A stretch of 64,000 nt of DNA from Azolla caroliniana. Lineage: Eukaryota > Plantae > Polypodiophyta. The position numbers and the translations under genes are program-made. The notes beneath the pieces are model-generated. The model was not told the origin of the DNA. It did no database searches and worked only from the letters and a program-made list of their open reading frames with translations. The stretch covers positions 5,890,001 through 5,954,000 of the forward strand of contig JBHGNT010000004.1 of assembly GCA_043228905.1 (NCBI GenBank), given 5' to 3'. This document shows, piece after piece, positions 38,330 to 52,815 of this stretch. Every line of letters begins with the position of its first letter. Position 1 is the first letter of the stretch.

Positions 38330-38533
38330 ACACAATTGAGTAGGTGCATAGATGACTTACCTCTTTCTGCAACAATGCATCTTCATCGAGTGTGAAGATG
38401 ACGGTGATAGAAAACTGTTCAAGATGGCACTAACACAATTGAGTAGGTGCATAGACGACTTACCTCTTTCTGCAACAATGCGTCTTCATCGGGCGTGAAG
38501 ATGATGGTGATAGCAAACTGTTCAAGTTGGCAC
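38330..38533. repeat. 103-bp tandem duplication
   Basis: ACACAATTGAGTAGGTGCATAGA...GGCACT starts at 38330 and 38433. Confidence 0.85.
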
Positions 38534-38849
38534 TGCATCAAAGTTCCCATGGCCTGTCACGTTGGCCATCGTGCAATTCTCTTGTTCTACTTCGCCTTCT
38601 ACTCTATTTTCCAACGCTCTACCTACTTTTTGTATGTAATGTATGTATGTATCTCTATCCTTCTTGTGCAATGAATCTCGTAAATCATGGGCTTCCTTAC
38701 CACATTCACGATCACATTGAGCCACTGCAATAATTCATTGTTCTCTATATCATGCTTTGTGTTACCGACTGACATCATTTTGAGAATGCCTTTTATGTTC
38801 CCACTATTGCGATGAATCTTGTGGCCCTCGAACAAACCCCCAAAGTGTG

Positions 38850-40110
38850 GAATGCAAGTTCGCTTCGTCAAATGGGGGATGCTTCATTAAAGTTCTTAAG
38901 GATGAGCAGTAGTCACTAAATCACGAAAGAAGAGAAGAGGGCAAATGCCCAACCTTGAGAATCACATAATGAACTTCTATAACGTTCACTGAGGGGGGAA
39001 AGAGTACAAATAACATCAACTTGTGCCACAAGAGGATTGGGCACATCAACATACAAAAGTTGAGGATGACAAAATCAAGAGGATTCTTGAGTAGATTCCT
39101 ACAACTCAAAGATGAGTAGTGTGTGTGAAGCATGTCAATTTGCCAATTTGGTTGGCAACACCATCATCCATTTTCAAAGGAGCGGAAAATGAGAAACAAG
39201 CTCCTAGATGTTTGGGATCCAACAAAAATGATGACATTGGCAAATATAGATATTGTGTAATCTTCATTGATGATTTCTCTTGGCACATATTGGTCTACTG
39301 GCCAATGCATGGAAAGAGCAAAATATTTTCCTATTTTTGCAACTTTAGAAGTCTTATGGAGAAAGGGATCAATCAAAATATTTGATATCTCCAATCAAAT
39401 GATGGCGGAGAAAACTTCTTTGAGAAATTCAAAGTATTTGAAAGCAATTAATTCTTGGTCTTGTACACATATCACAACAAAAGGTGTAGCATAGCATATT
39501 AATTATCACATCATAAAGGCCGTTGAAGTTATGTCACATTCCCCATGTGTGGAAGCAATAGCTATGTTGGCTTACTTGATGAATCGTGGCACACTTTGAA
39601 GTTGGCAACAATAATGGAAATCAAAGACGACAACGATATCGAGCCAAATTGGAATACTGATTTTGAGTTTGGTGAACAATCTAGGAAACCCCTTCAACTT
39701 TCATTATAGTACTTTGCAATGTGAATACCACTATAGCCCATCTTGACAAAGGAAAGGCTAAACACCTAAGTATGAATAAAATATGGGCGTTTTGATGGTG
39801 AGGAAGCATGCTCCATCTACAAAATATGCTCCAATCCATTGAGTGTTGACATTATTGGTTTGCCTATCATGAGGAAACTTGGTGACAAAGAGACTTATTA
39901 AAGGCACAAAAGTAACCATGTTCATGAGAAGAATGTAGTTGCGTGATTTGGCTACTATACATAGCACAATACTATGCATTCACGATGAAAATATAATTGA
40001 TCCCTGAGTCGGAAATTTTGGATGAAAAGATGCAAGCTCTCCATGACAAGGAGATGTGGGCGTTAATCCCAATTTTACCGCACTAGAAGGTCATCTGATG
40101 TCGATAGGCA
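38850..40110 (+). mobile_element. ancient copia pol relic
   Basis: INLCHKRIGHINIQKL (pre-integrase) and YRYCVIFIDDFS (integrase), similar to copia B. Confidence 0.6.
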
Positions 40111-40694
40111 TCTAAGATAGTGATGAGAGTTCTCTCTCTATCACTCTTACTCCTAACTTCTCTTCTTCGATGAAAAAAACACAGAAAAGGTTATACAACA
40201 ACACAACTCACAACAAATTTACTAGTTGTATTGTTTGTTAACGAGACTACCTATATCAATTGCATGTAAACACACACACACATTGATGGTGTCAACACCT
40301 CCAAAATGAAGGTTATTCTCATTAAGACTCTAATAAGGATGAACCGTGCATTGTGTATGATAATGGGCCACTTGAAACCATAGAAAGCTTCAAATATGGT
40401 TCTCTCTATCTACCACCCAAAAGAAGGAATTTGGGTTTATTATGTATTTGAGGGCATATCAAATGGTGGAAAAGTGAAATGTTGAATTTTGTCACATTTG
40501 TAAATTGTAACACTAATGCTTCTATATGGGGTTGAAGTGGGGAATGATAACATTATCAAATGGTGGAAAAGTTAAATGTTGAGTTCTCAATAAGTACTTA
40601 ATTACCACATTTGCAACACCTATGTTTCTATATGGGGTTGAAGAGTGGGTTAGTAACATTCCCAAGTCTACTTTGAAAATTTCCAAAAATGCTT

Positions 40695-40955
40695 TCTTTT
40701 GAGGTTTCTTCAAGTCAAGCCTCGAACACCATACATGTTTCTACTTCCTCTAACACTATCAGTTCACATTGGGAATCGGGATCATAGCCATGGAAATGGT
40801 GATGAAGTACATGCCTAAAGTTAAATAATACTTCTTTTGAGGTATCTTCAAGTCAAGCCACAAACACCATACATGTTTCTACTTCTTCTAACCGTATCAC
40901 TTCACATTGGGATCATATCCATGGAAATGGTGATGAAGTACATGGCTAAAGTACA
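40695..40955. repeat. ~138-bp direct duplication
   Basis: TCTTCAAGTCAAGCC...CCATGGAAATGGTGATGAAGTACATG occurs twice. Confidence 0.75.
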
Positions 40956-42011
40956 TGGCTAAGGTTAAGTAATACCCTCACATCAAATTACTAGAATCAT
41001 ACAGGAACTACACAAATGTAAAATTTTGAGTTCCAAATTAATAGTTTGGAAAATGGGATGTACCACATTTACTTCATGGTGCGTCAATATCTTTATTTGT
41101 GAATGAGGTTGTTTTGCAACACCAATGTATCACAACTTGGGAAAGACATGGAGGCTCACATTTTACACATTAAATATGTAACGTATGCTTCATAAAAAAT
41201 ACAAAACCGCCTTCTTCTTGGAGTGGGGAATCATATTCATCAATACATGCTAGAGCCCATCCTTATGTTTGCCATCCACACCATTGCGTCAATACGACTT
41301 AGCTCACATCCTCTTCAATGTGAGATGGAACATTAGGGGCATAGACGAGGAGACTCATCGACTATGCATATTCATCCTCAAACAAGTGTGGGAGTCAAAA
41401 CCATCACACTCTGTAGTGAATTCAACTATATCTGATTTTGCTTCCCACGCATTATCGATCTGCCTCATTCCCTACTATATACACACACTACGGCTCACAA
41501 TCACGATATGCACTCCCAACTGCAAAACATTTATTAGCAAAACTTTTGAATATCCACAAAACACCTACTCGATTCCACGCCTCTAAGGATGATAATAAAA
41601 CCCTTGCCTATCTTGTGGAGAAATAATCAATAATCAACTCAAGCCACACTATCGTGAGATGTTCTCATTGTTGCGTTCCGTATCTCTCACATTGGATCAC
41701 CAAGAGGAAGACACTAAAAATCTATGGGAGGTCAAAGAACAAATCATCTTGATTCCTCATCTATGTGTCAATGTCTGGTCTCATCATAACTTCTTTACAT
41801 GTATCTAAGCCTATCTATGTTTGTATTTCTTTGTTATTGGCACATCCCCTGTCTCCATGGATGGATGGATCTCTGTTATTGCCACATCCCCTGTCTCCAT
41901 GGATCCTTGAATGCTTATGATACCCTGCCATAGTGTCCTGCTCAAATGAAAGCTTGGATTCTATGAGTTGCAGGGCAATCGAATCAGGGTCCCTTCTGAT
42001 CGGGGGAATTG

Positions 42012-44621
42012 ATGGATATGGTGAGCATTGAAGAAACCCTCTCTTCATTTGCTCACACACCCGAGTCTCCTTGTCTAGAACCCATACTTTCAATCTTGCA
42101 GAAGTGCAGAAAACAGAGGAGCACAGCAAATGCCAGGTCTATATACACTTATATGCAAGAGAATAGTCTGGAAACACATAAAGTCTTAGGAAACCATCTC
42201 ATTCCTGTGTTAGTTGAATGTGGCAGTCTTCCTGAGGCTGAAGATATCTTCAATCGCATGAATGGCTGTAGAAATGAGCATTCGTGGACATGTCTTATTG
42301 GAGAATATGCTCGCCATGGAAACTTATCACATGCTTTTGAGCTATATCATCAAATGCAAGATGAAGGTGTATACCCTAGTAATTTCACATTCGTTTCTCT
42401 TCTCAGAGCTTCATCACAGTTGAAACATGTGGCTTCGGGGCGAGAGATTCACTTTGAAGTTTGTATAAAAGAATTTGAGAATGATATTTTCGTTGGTAAT
42501 AGTCTAATAGATATGTATACCAAATGTGGCTGTCTTCTTGAAGCACAAGAAGTGTTTAATACTTTACTTGTTCGGGATGTTGTTTCGTGGAACACGCTCA
42601 TTGCAGGATATGCTGAATGTGGAGATCATGAAGAGGCTTTGAATCATTTTGACATGATGAGATTAGAGGGATTCTCCCAAGATGTTGTCACGTACATATG
42701 CATCCTAAAAGCATGTGGAAACATCGAGAGAATAAGCAAGGGACAAAAAATACATGTAGAGATCATCAAAGAAGGATTTGAAGACGAGCATTTCATTCAA
42801 AACTCATTAATCGACATGTATGCCAGCTGTGGATTGCTTGTAGAAGCACAAGATGTGTTTGATAATCTACAAGTGCAAGATATAGTTTCGTGGAACTCAC
42901 TTATAGCAGGGTATGCTGAATTAGGGCTCTATGATGAAGTGATGAAGAGATTTTACCAGATGCAAGACGAAGGCATGTTTATAGATTCTGTCACATTACT
43001 TTGTGTCTTGAAAGCATGCGGTATGGTGAAGGAAATCAATAGTGGGCGAAAAGTACACATTGAAGCTGTCATCAGAGGCTTAGAGCAGGATCTCTTTGTT
43101 GCAAATACACTGATGGATATTTATCTTAAATGTGAATCCTTTTGTGATACAAAAGGTGTGTTTGATCAACTAAGTGTTCGAGATGTTGTATCTTGGAATG
43201 CACTGCTCACAGGATTTAGAGATTATGGTCTTATTGAAGAAGCTCTAAGTGGTTTTCAACAGATGCAAACAGAAGGGGTATCAGTAAATTCTGGCATAAT
43301 TGTTTCCATTTTGAAATCATGTGGTATAACACAATCCCTCGACAAGGGACACGAAATACATGTATACATTGTCAAATTGGGATTTGGTCAAGATCTCTTT
43401 GTTGGAAACAGTCTGATAGATATGTATGCAAAATGTGGCTCCCTCATAGAAGCAGTTGCTTCATTCAACCTACTTCAATGTAGAGATGTGGTTTCTTGGA
43501 ATACGCTCATTGCAGCTTACCTCGAGCATGGATTCCATGAAGAGGTATTAGACGTATTTAATAAGATGCAAGCTGTGAGCATACTTCCAGATGCAACCAC
43601 TTTTGTGTGTATATTGAAATCTTGTTCCATTCTGAGAGCCATAGAAAAAGGTCAAGAATTACACAGGCAAATAATGGTAGCCGACCTTGAGAGAGTGCTG
43701 TTTGTTGGTAATAGCTTGGTGATGTTCTATGTGAAATCTGGCTGTCATGAAGAAGCAAAGGATGTGTTTGAAGAACTCCCAATTCGAGATGTTGTATCTT
43801 GGACTTCACTCATTTTGGGATACGCTGAGCATGGGCTTGCCCAAGAGGGCTTGGCTTTATTTGAACAAATGAAAACCCAATGTGTACATCCGGATTCTGT
43901 TATATTGGCTTCTTGCTTGAAATGTTGCGGCAACATAGGGGCCTTAGAACAGGGTAGAGAAGTACATTTGGCCATCACTAAATATGGATTTGATTGTCTT
44001 TGCAATCACTCATTCAATGATTGTTTTCTGTCTAATATGACTTCTCAAAATGTTGGCAATGCAATTATTGACATGTATGCTAAATGTGGGAATATGGTCG
44101 ATGCTCAGAAGGCTTTCAGCATGTCTTCTGTAGGGGACAGAGTAGCATGGAATACATTGATTGCCGGATATGCTAGGCAAGAAGACAGTGAACTGGTTTT
44201 TCACTTAGTCCAGAATATGATGGAAGCCATGATCTTACCGGATGAGCTCACATTTCTCAGCATTCTTTCTGTATGTAGTCATGGAGGACTACTTAATGAA
44301 GGCCGAAATTGCTTTGAGGTAATCTCAAATTCCTATGGAATTACCATCACCATAGGTCATTGTAATTGCTTGCTGGATTTATTTGGTCGTTCTGGTCAAG
44401 TAGACGAAGCCACAGAAATAGTGAAATCCTTGCCTTTACAGCCAAATCTAGTGACATGGAGCACATTATTAGATGCATATAGGAAGGCAAGGAATGTGGA
44501 ATTGAGTATGAAAGCATTTAAATCTGCTTTAAGATCGTCGCAAGAGAATATTTCAAGCTTTATACTGATGTCTAACATTTATGCAGCTGGCTGTTTAGAC
44601 ATGGAAGAGACGGAAGATTGA
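42012..44621 (+). CDS. PLS-class pentatricopeptide repeat protein with E domain and no DYW (~869 aa, single exon)
   Basis: Seven ~101-aa P-L-S triplets (VGNSLIDMYAKCG...RDVVSWN.LI), P2-L2-S2 (SILSVCSHGGL, HCNCLLDLFGRSG), and an E motif (PNLVTWSTLL...FILMSNIYA). Confidence 0.93.
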   Translation: MDMVSIEETLSSFAHTPESPCLEPILSILQKCRKQRSTANARSIYTYMQENSLETHKVLGNHLIPVLVECGSLPEAEDIFNRMNGCRNEHSWTCLIGEYARHGNLSHAFELYHQMQDEGVYPSNFTFVSLLRASSQLKHVASGREIHFEVCIKEFENDIFVGNSLIDMYTKCGCLLEAQEVFNTLLVRDVVSWNTLIAGYAECGDHEEALNHFDMMRLEGFSQDVVTYICILKACGNIERISKGQKIHVEIIKEGFEDEHFIQNSLIDMYASCGLLVEAQDVFDNLQVQDIVSWNSLIAGYAELGLYDEVMKRFYQMQDEGMFIDSVTLLCVLKACGMVKEINSGRKVHIEAVIRGLEQDLFVANTLMDIYLKCESFCDTKGVFDQLSVRDVVSWNALLTGFRDYGLIEEALSGFQQMQTEGVSVNSGIIVSILKSCGITQSLDKGHEIHVYIVKLGFGQDLFVGNSLIDMYAKCGSLIEAVASFNLLQCRDVVSWNTLIAAYLEHGFHEEVLDVFNKMQAVSILPDATTFVCILKSCSILRAIEKGQELHRQIMVADLERVLFVGNSLVMFYVKSGCHEEAKDVFEELPIRDVVSWTSLILGYAEHGLAQEGLALFEQMKTQCVHPDSVILASCLKCCGNIGALEQGREVHLAITKYGFDCLCNHSFNDCFLSNMTSQNVGNAIIDMYAKCGNMVDAQKAFSMSSVGDRVAWNTLIAGYARQEDSELVFHLVQNMMEAMILPDELTFLSILSVCSHGGLLNEGRNCFEVISNSYGITITIGHCNCLLDLFGRSGQVDEATEIVKSLPLQPNLVTWSTLLDAYRKARNVELSMKAFKSALRSSQENISSFILMSNIYAAGCLDMEETED

Positions 44622-46178
44622 TAACCATATATCAGCACCTTTAAAATTTTATACCTGGGGCTCACATGTGTAAGAAAAACTTCAAGTGGCAGAGTCTGGT
44701 TGAAGAGGTTGCTCTGTTTTCGGATAACCTGGCTTGGCAGAGAGTTCATTCAATTGCCCCTGACCCGCTATTAAGATTAGACAAACATGATTTGCAAGCC
44801 AGGCTCTGTTTTTTTTGCCCATCAATGCCAACAAATCACCATCACATCAGCAGTGTTATAAAAAATGCCATGTCTGGAAACTGTATTTACCACCACCAAA
44901 GGTTGTCTACATGATCGAGATTTGATCCATGGAAGAGAGTCAGATACAAATTTGTGTGCTCCCTTTTGCTGTAACAATGACCGCGATGCCTTGTTCACGG
45001 GTCAATCTTATAAAAGAATGTGTCAATCAATCATTAGAAGTAACCAACCGACAGCCATGCCAGTTGTGGTGAGAGTGGAGATTACATCCACAATTTGTGC
45101 TTCCGATAGGATTAAATTATGCCTAAATTTAACTCACCATCAATTGCAAATGTATCATTAAATAGGTCTCGTTCGAGACTCAAAATCATTATCACCAATC
45201 CACTTTGATTGGAATTCATTAAGACTCATACCCACCTTTGACAAACCAAACAATACCGAGGGCCACCTTTGACAAACCAATCAATACCGAGGGCAAAAAA
45301 CCAAACTTCTTTAATATAACAAATGAAGCTTAATGTAATGGTATAAAAGTGGATGCTTCAAACAGTTAGTTATTTGCTCATTATTGCAATCATGCCATTG
45401 ATATAAATGTTTGGCATTGTGGCTCAATTTTAACATTCACTTTTTTGTGTCTAGAATGTAATGTGGGCTACATGTCTATGTGCACCATCATATTTTTCAT
45501 ATGAACGAAATTTCTATATGTTGATGTGGTACATCTTTTGTCAGACTCTTCTATTTCATTGCATTGCCATCCCTAAATTTAAACATGTGAGTTTCTCCAA
45601 CACGTAAAACATTTCTCTTTACTTGTAGACATTGAAATAAAATGTTATAGATGGAGATAAAGATTCCTTAAATGGATATAAGTCTTAATCCTATGCATAA
45701 AGAAAATTCATAATAGTAAAAAACCACCTTAGGTAGAAGATAACATATATGAGAAGTTAGAATATTTGACTAAAAGTAAGTTTTTTATGCACATTGTTAC
45801 CGAAAATTTGCAAAAGTTTACTGATAATAAGAGTGACATTGTTTCTCTAGTGGAACTAGCAAACTAGCCATTAGTCAAAGGCAAGAATTAGTTAATGCAT
45901 GTGTGAATGGTTAGATGCTCATAACTTGCTAGCAAGTGAAAATAAAACAAGATGTCACTCATCTTCTCTCCCCCACTCTAGGTAAGAATGCCAAAAAATT
46001 TCAAGTGCATTGTACTACCACCATGAGTTTTTGCTCTCAAAGAACCTTTTTACTTATTTGGTCTCGCTCACGCAAGTTAGATGTTGAGGTAACATCATGG
46101 CATCATCACCAAATTATGACGATATGCAAGACATACCATGAAAACCTAGTGGAAGATGGATAACACTTACTTCTTGCA

Positions 46179-46490
46179 TGTTCGGTTGTTAGTCTAACTA
46201 ATCAAGCAAGCAAAACATAAGGAATTCTAGTTCAATGAAAGGAAAGAGGGGCCCCAAACCACCCAACCACCCCCTAGTAATGGTGTGAGAAAGACATGAA
46301 CCTCCTCGATATCCCATACCATCGAGGGTTGATGTGAGTCGTACCTTGGGTCGTACGAGGATTGCACAGCCTTAGCGAACAAGAGCCATAGCCACACTAT
46401 CATCATCTCAACATAAGTCAAGTCTCTCCCGAAAAGAAGGTAGCTAGCCTTCTTATATAGGCGGAAACCTAGGCCCCTAGTGTGTTCACA
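46179..46490. mobile_element. possible solo LTR or LTR fragment
   Basis: GC-richer island with TG...CA ends and CTTATATAGG. No TSD was confirmed. Confidence 0.3.
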
Positions 46491-49400
46491 CTTAACTGCT
46501 TTATGTCAAGTGGTCAAGTGATAACACCATTAATAGTTATCCCACACTATAGAATTGAATATTATTTTTCATACCCGCGTTCCTTACAAAATTAAACCAC
46601 ATGCGCTCATCATAACATTAGGGAAAACTATGAAAAACCTATCTCATTATTAGTTATGGTTATGCACGTAATATCAACATATAATCTAACTTGTGAGAAA
46701 TATGAAGAATTGTTAGATGGGAATGATAATATATATGCCATGCTTAAATCTCTTCAAAGAAGTGTGATCCCATATGTGCATGCATAATTTTCATATAGAG
46801 AGTGTTTATTACATAGTAGTAACGCCCCTTCTCAAGAAGGAGCCACATACACGATGCTATGTTTATTCAATCACATAGGTCAAAATTAGCCTCCTCATGG
46901 ACGATAAAAAATCTAATCAAAATTCTCTTATAAAAGTAGTGTATGTTTTAAAACAAATTGAGAACACACAAAAAAAATCCTTTGCATTTCTTCCACAATG
47001 TTGAGAATTTATGGAAAGGTAAAACCTCAAAGACATCATAAGACTAGTTGACATAAAGACAAGTCCTCATGGACAAGGGGACAATCCAGAAAGGCTTTGA
47101 TCCACTTTCTTTACATATCTGAATACATCAACATAAAACAAATGTTGTCGAGGAGATACTTCAATTAATTATCACAACCACCATATGAAGTGTCATGTTT
47201 TCTCTATACAACACAACCATTAACAAAGTGGCATGCCTATATAACACCTACAAATATGGCTAAAGTTCGATATTGGCTGAGTGTGCAATACATGATGAAT
47301 ATTTATAACTTATAATCATAACTCCAAAACAAGAGTAATTCGCAAAACATTTTATTTAAGTGTATTTAAGAGTGCACAAATATCGATTGTGCATGCCTAT
47401 CAACCATCAATTACTCATAGCCAATGCATTTCTCTCATCCGTCACCCCATCTCCACCGTGGAGTGCACTAAAGCTCGAAACAATGTAAACATTAAATAAA
47501 CATGTTGAGATGGAATCTCACCTTTTGAGTAGATAGAGTTATTTGATGTTAAGATTGCATAGAAAGACTTTTATATGTATTTAATATTGTCAAACAAGTT
47601 ATATATGATCGATTAATGCATACATTTCAAATATCTAAGAAGGAGAAACACATCATTACCATTGACACCCTCATACAAAGCATCATTTCTCAATTTACGA
47701 TTTGTTTAGCTCGTATATTATTATTTCAATGCATATCTCATTCTTCTTGTGATGAAAATGTTGTATATTCCCAAGTACTAGGAGTGAAATTTGACTTCTT
47801 TGTACAAATTGTGGATAGAATATGAGCATTATCCAAAGAGAGCTTCAATGAACATTTTATATTGGAGGGTTGTAGGGGAATGGTGGAACCATGTCCATGG
47901 TAAGAGGAATCCTAAAAGTTAGGAAAAAGAGACATGGTACCATAATGTAAATGTAGTTTATCAATGGTTGTTGAGAGAGAGACTTGATATTGAGACATAA
48001 TGATTTTTATGTCATGGATGGCGTCATGATATTCACAAATCTAGAAGTGACCTCTGGGGAAAGGGATTTGAGGGTGGGTAGGACAAGGAAACTAAAATTT
48101 CAACGGGAGGGAGGGGATGGTCAAAAAACACTTGTGGCATATTTTACTCTCAAGAATGATAACTTACAGCGACATACACATATAACAAAAAACCAAAAAC
48201 AAAGGGAAAGTCTACATTGTTTGCCTCTAGCATTGCTTTCCTTTACCTTGCTTATCCTTTTTTTTACCTTTGTTTTTTTTCGTCTCTCTATCTCTCTTGC
48301 CACCCTACTTCCTTGAACCTTAGCATCTAGTAATTTTGTCTACTATTTGAAATATGAACTTTGATTCAAATGGATGCATTCATTCCAATTCGAAATTTAT
48401 CCCTCTCTATTTATGTAGGAGTCCAATGTTTAATCAATAAATTCTAAACCGCAAGCGATTGCACAAATAATTGTCTCTAATATTCAACACGGTGAGTCAT
48501 GCACAACATACCTAGGTATGTAAAATTGTCGAAAGTTGTATGTTTCTCATAACATGGATTTCTGAAAAAATGATTTGCAATTTCTTCATTTCTAAATCCA
48601 ATTTACCTTCATGTTCATGTGAGTGCAAGTGTGAAATTATGACATCGTCTCATTGTCCTCACATCCCTCTTGAACTACGACTAGATGACAATTGAAATTA
48701 TATACTAAAGGTCAATCCAAGGCCTTACACATCTCCTGTGAATCACTAAATGTTTTTCTCTTTTATTGTAGGATTATTATCCCATTGGTAAATCCTATAG
48801 ATCCAACTTTTTCCATATCCATATATGTCTTTTTCAACCCTAATCGACACTCTTAATTTGTATCAAATTGATGACTACATTATTCACAATCTTTTTCTAA
48901 ACATCATACAAATTTGATACTCACATGGTTCCCAACACTTTCACTAATGAGTATTGCTTTGCTCAAAGATGGATTGAAAATATCCGGTTTGTATTTCAAT
49001 TTTTTTGTTTACACTAAGTCATTAAGCTTAATAGTTAATAAACAACAAACAAATAATGGGTTGAACACTTTCCAATCTCAAAAAACTCTTGTGACAATTT
49101 TTTACACCAATCATGTGAAGCATGAGTCCTTTCAATAAACGAGTAGTTCTTCTTTTCAAGAAATCAAGCAAATGTTTTCTAATTTAATCAAATTTTTGGA
49201 GACTCCAACTTACTCATCATTATGATCAAACAAGATGAGACCCAATCAAATATTTGTCACTGTAAAAGGTAGATTTATACATACATTTATGTAAGTTGAA
49301 TATATCATCGAGAGCTATATTGCACATGCTTCGACATATCACAAGGTTCAACTATGTGTAAAGCCGTCAAGGAATTGAAAATACTAGCACTAGATAAACG

Positions 49401-52400
49401 TGTTTAATGTTTTAGGCATTGGATCTATCCCAAAGAATACATGCATGAATAGGAAACGTGTTGTTAAAAGGCTTTCATGCCTAAAGGTAGCAAATTTTAA
49501 CAATTGAGAAAACGTGATGTTTTTTTGGTTAAGAAAGATACAAGGTCGAAAGCATAAGCGTGGGGAAATATAATTTAACAAAGTAAAAATTAAAAGGTAC
49601 ATTCAAGTCATGTGTGTACTAACTAGTTAGCATGTTGATATCGATAAGTGTACACTCACATAGGTTGTCTCTTAGCCTCCATTTGTTGTGATTCGTGAAT
49701 TATACATGCAAACATACATAGAGACGACAAAACGGAATGCAAGTAATAAGTAAGAGCCTTGTGTTTATTGTTGCAAGGATCAAAGTCACATACAATATGG
49801 ATTGCAGGTGTGCCACCTGACCTTCCCATAAGTCATTTGGCCCTAGAGTAGTCACTAGATGGGGAAATGTTATAATGCACCATGAATGCAATAATACATG
49901 TGTTTCATGTGTGTGTCTGTGTGTGCGTGTGTGCTAATGCTCACACATATTGATGTTCATGTGTGTATCATATATCTATATTCATATGTGTGTATGTGCA
50001 CATATATGCATACAATCAAATGGATGGACACACATAAAGCATAATGTGTGTATGTGTGCACACATACATACAAGCACATAATATGCTCGTATAATATACA
50101 TATATATAGGACAATTAAGTGAAATACAGCTAAAGATTAGGGGTCTTGTGCCAAATGAATGTCGCAAATATGAAAATATACATAACTCTCATTTTTCAAA
50201 TATTGAGTGCTAGTATGTCTTCCCAAAACAAGTAGTATGAACATTGATGAAGACATCTTTGGGAAATAAGTTTTGTTAAAGACCTTGTGCTTATCAACTT
50301 CATTTATTATATAAAAAACCAAGTCTCTCTTTTTCGGAACTTTGGATTTTTGACAAACTCGAAACATTGCTAAGTCATCATAAGTGTGCAAGTGTCAAGA
50401 CAATGTTAATTACACCATGAATTGTATGGATGACTTTAAAAAGAAAATATATTAGTGGCAACCATGTCTAGCACAAGACATGTGCACATTGTGATTCTCA
50501 TCTCCATATTATTTGTTTAATGTGGTGGGATCTAATTTACACCCTAAAAGCACTTGATTTTTTGGAGATGTCTAAAGTTCTAGAACGTGATCCGATTCAA
50601 TTATCATTCAAATATATGTGTGTTTGAATCAACGAGGGGATATGTGGATTTTTATTGGCATTGGAACAAAGTTGGCACATAGAAAGTCCAAACGCGTATT
50701 GGTAATCACGTGCGTCATTGACTTGGAAGAGTCGTTTTGATGGCATATATCTTTAGCAAGCTTTAGAGTTGGTATAAAGAGGGATAATGACAAATCCTAG
50801 ATGAGTGCACCGTCTCTAAACATGATCAAGATTTTCCAACATCATTGTACGAGAAGAATTGGTTAACTTTCATTTCATATTTTACCTAATTGAGAAGAAA
50901 CGTATTTCAAGCATACTCTAGTCTATCAAATGCTTGGCAAAAGCATGGCTAATGTAATAGACATCCATGTGGGAGTAGAATAAAACATGAAAAATGTGAC
51001 AACTTCAATCATCTCTCCAGCATGTGAATGCACATTAGATACACTTGTATAATAAACTTTGAATACTTTATTCAATCAATACATCACTCTATCAAATAAG
51101 CATCACTTCGAAGGAACTAAGGTAATTGATGATACCACTCCATAAGTAATAGGCACGCATGCATACAATGTCTTGTGATCGTAAGATACACATGTTGATT
51201 GCTTCTATATTAGAGATTACCTATGTCAATTCAACATCGTCTTCCATGTATACATCCACTAGACTGAGTGAATATGAAGACTTATCGATATTGATTCAAA
51301 AATGTCATTGCATCACATGAGGATCTAGAACGAGGAACCGACAAGCGCATGCAATAAATCTTATTCTGCAACATCAATGATCAATTTAATTTATCTCATA
51401 GATTTAGACCACAAATGCTCCATCCACAAAGAAAGTAGTTTCTCTATTCACAAGGATTTAAATGAATCATACAATAAGATTATCTTGACATGTCCAAGAC
51501 CAACATTGTAAAGTTGAATTTGAATTTCATTATTCCAATAACGTCTAACAATCAAGGCAAACTGGACATTCTATTTACAAGTTGAAAATAATTCATAAAG
51601 AATATCAAGTAATTTGTCAATTGAAGCTATCAATCATCAACCTTCTTCATCGCTCAACATGTCATACAACTTGTTCTCAATTACTCACTCAAAAATGAAC
51701 TTGTATGGAACTCAAGTTGATTCTTTTTGCCGTTTTTTTGTCCTTGTTCTCAAGTGAGGCAATAAATTTTCACCCCAAGTGAAACCACACCATTGGTGAA
51801 CTTCACGTCAGGACATCCAAAATGCTGCTACTAGCCGCCTCACTGACACTTCCCTCCTAGCTAGCAAATCACCCATATTGCTTTGGGTGATATCAATGTC
51901 TAGTTGCGTTCAGAAGCTTGCTAGCTACGTCTTGATGCTTGTTGAAAAATAACAGGTTTTGTCATGCAACCGTTTGATGTTATGTCGACAACAATTGTCA
52001 TCCCCCCCACCCCCCAAGACAATTTCTAAGGTGTCACACAACGATAGCCAAATGTACATATATGAAAGTGATTTGTAAATAGTAGGGTATCTATAGATAC
52101 TCATAGTGTATGTAGCCTAATCATTATATGCAATTCACTGAACTAATGGGAAGCAATGTTTTTCTCGGGATTTTTTTTCACCCCAAGACAATTTCTGCAA
52201 TTTCAAATAGGTTGCTTTGTGATACAATTAAGCAATGTTTATATTATAACACCATTTACATACACATATTGCTCTTTAACTTAAAGATGAACTATTGTAG
52301 CATACAAACATCATTATATCTTTTTCTCTCACAAAATATGCACACATAGTACTCTGTCACACATTCATATATGCTCAACGAGACAAGCTCCCTAGAATTA

Positions 52401-52770
52401 GTTAGGAGCTAAGGCCTTGAGTCACAACTCCTCAAGCACACCATTACAATCAAGATTAGAAGGGAGTTTCATGGGGCTCGAAGATCGATCGCCATTGACC
52501 AGTTTAATTACCTGTATTACCTCAGTTTAGAGTTCGTTAATTTTACATATTTTTGAGCAAGGGAACGACCTAATATAAAGAGTAGGGTTGTTTCGATCTC
52601 ATAGGCCAATGTACACGCGCACGCACACGCACATGAGCAAACATAGACAAAATCTGTCTCTCTTTTTGTTTGTTGGCTTAGTGGTTTTACACTCTTTCGA
52701 TCCTCGCCAAGGGGTACGCCCCGTATCATAGATCACAAATGGTCTTTCGTGGACATTCAAAAGATGTATC

Positions 52771-52815
<45 letters not shown>

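Noticed and set aside
44666-45161. Detached DYW domain downstream of the PPR
   Set aside because: No PG box, HxE(x)nCxxC or terminal DYW-like motif was seen in the ORFs.
47000-52100. Possible decayed DNA-transposon coding sequence
   Set aside because: No recognisable catalytic motif or termini could be read by eye. A profile search would be needed.
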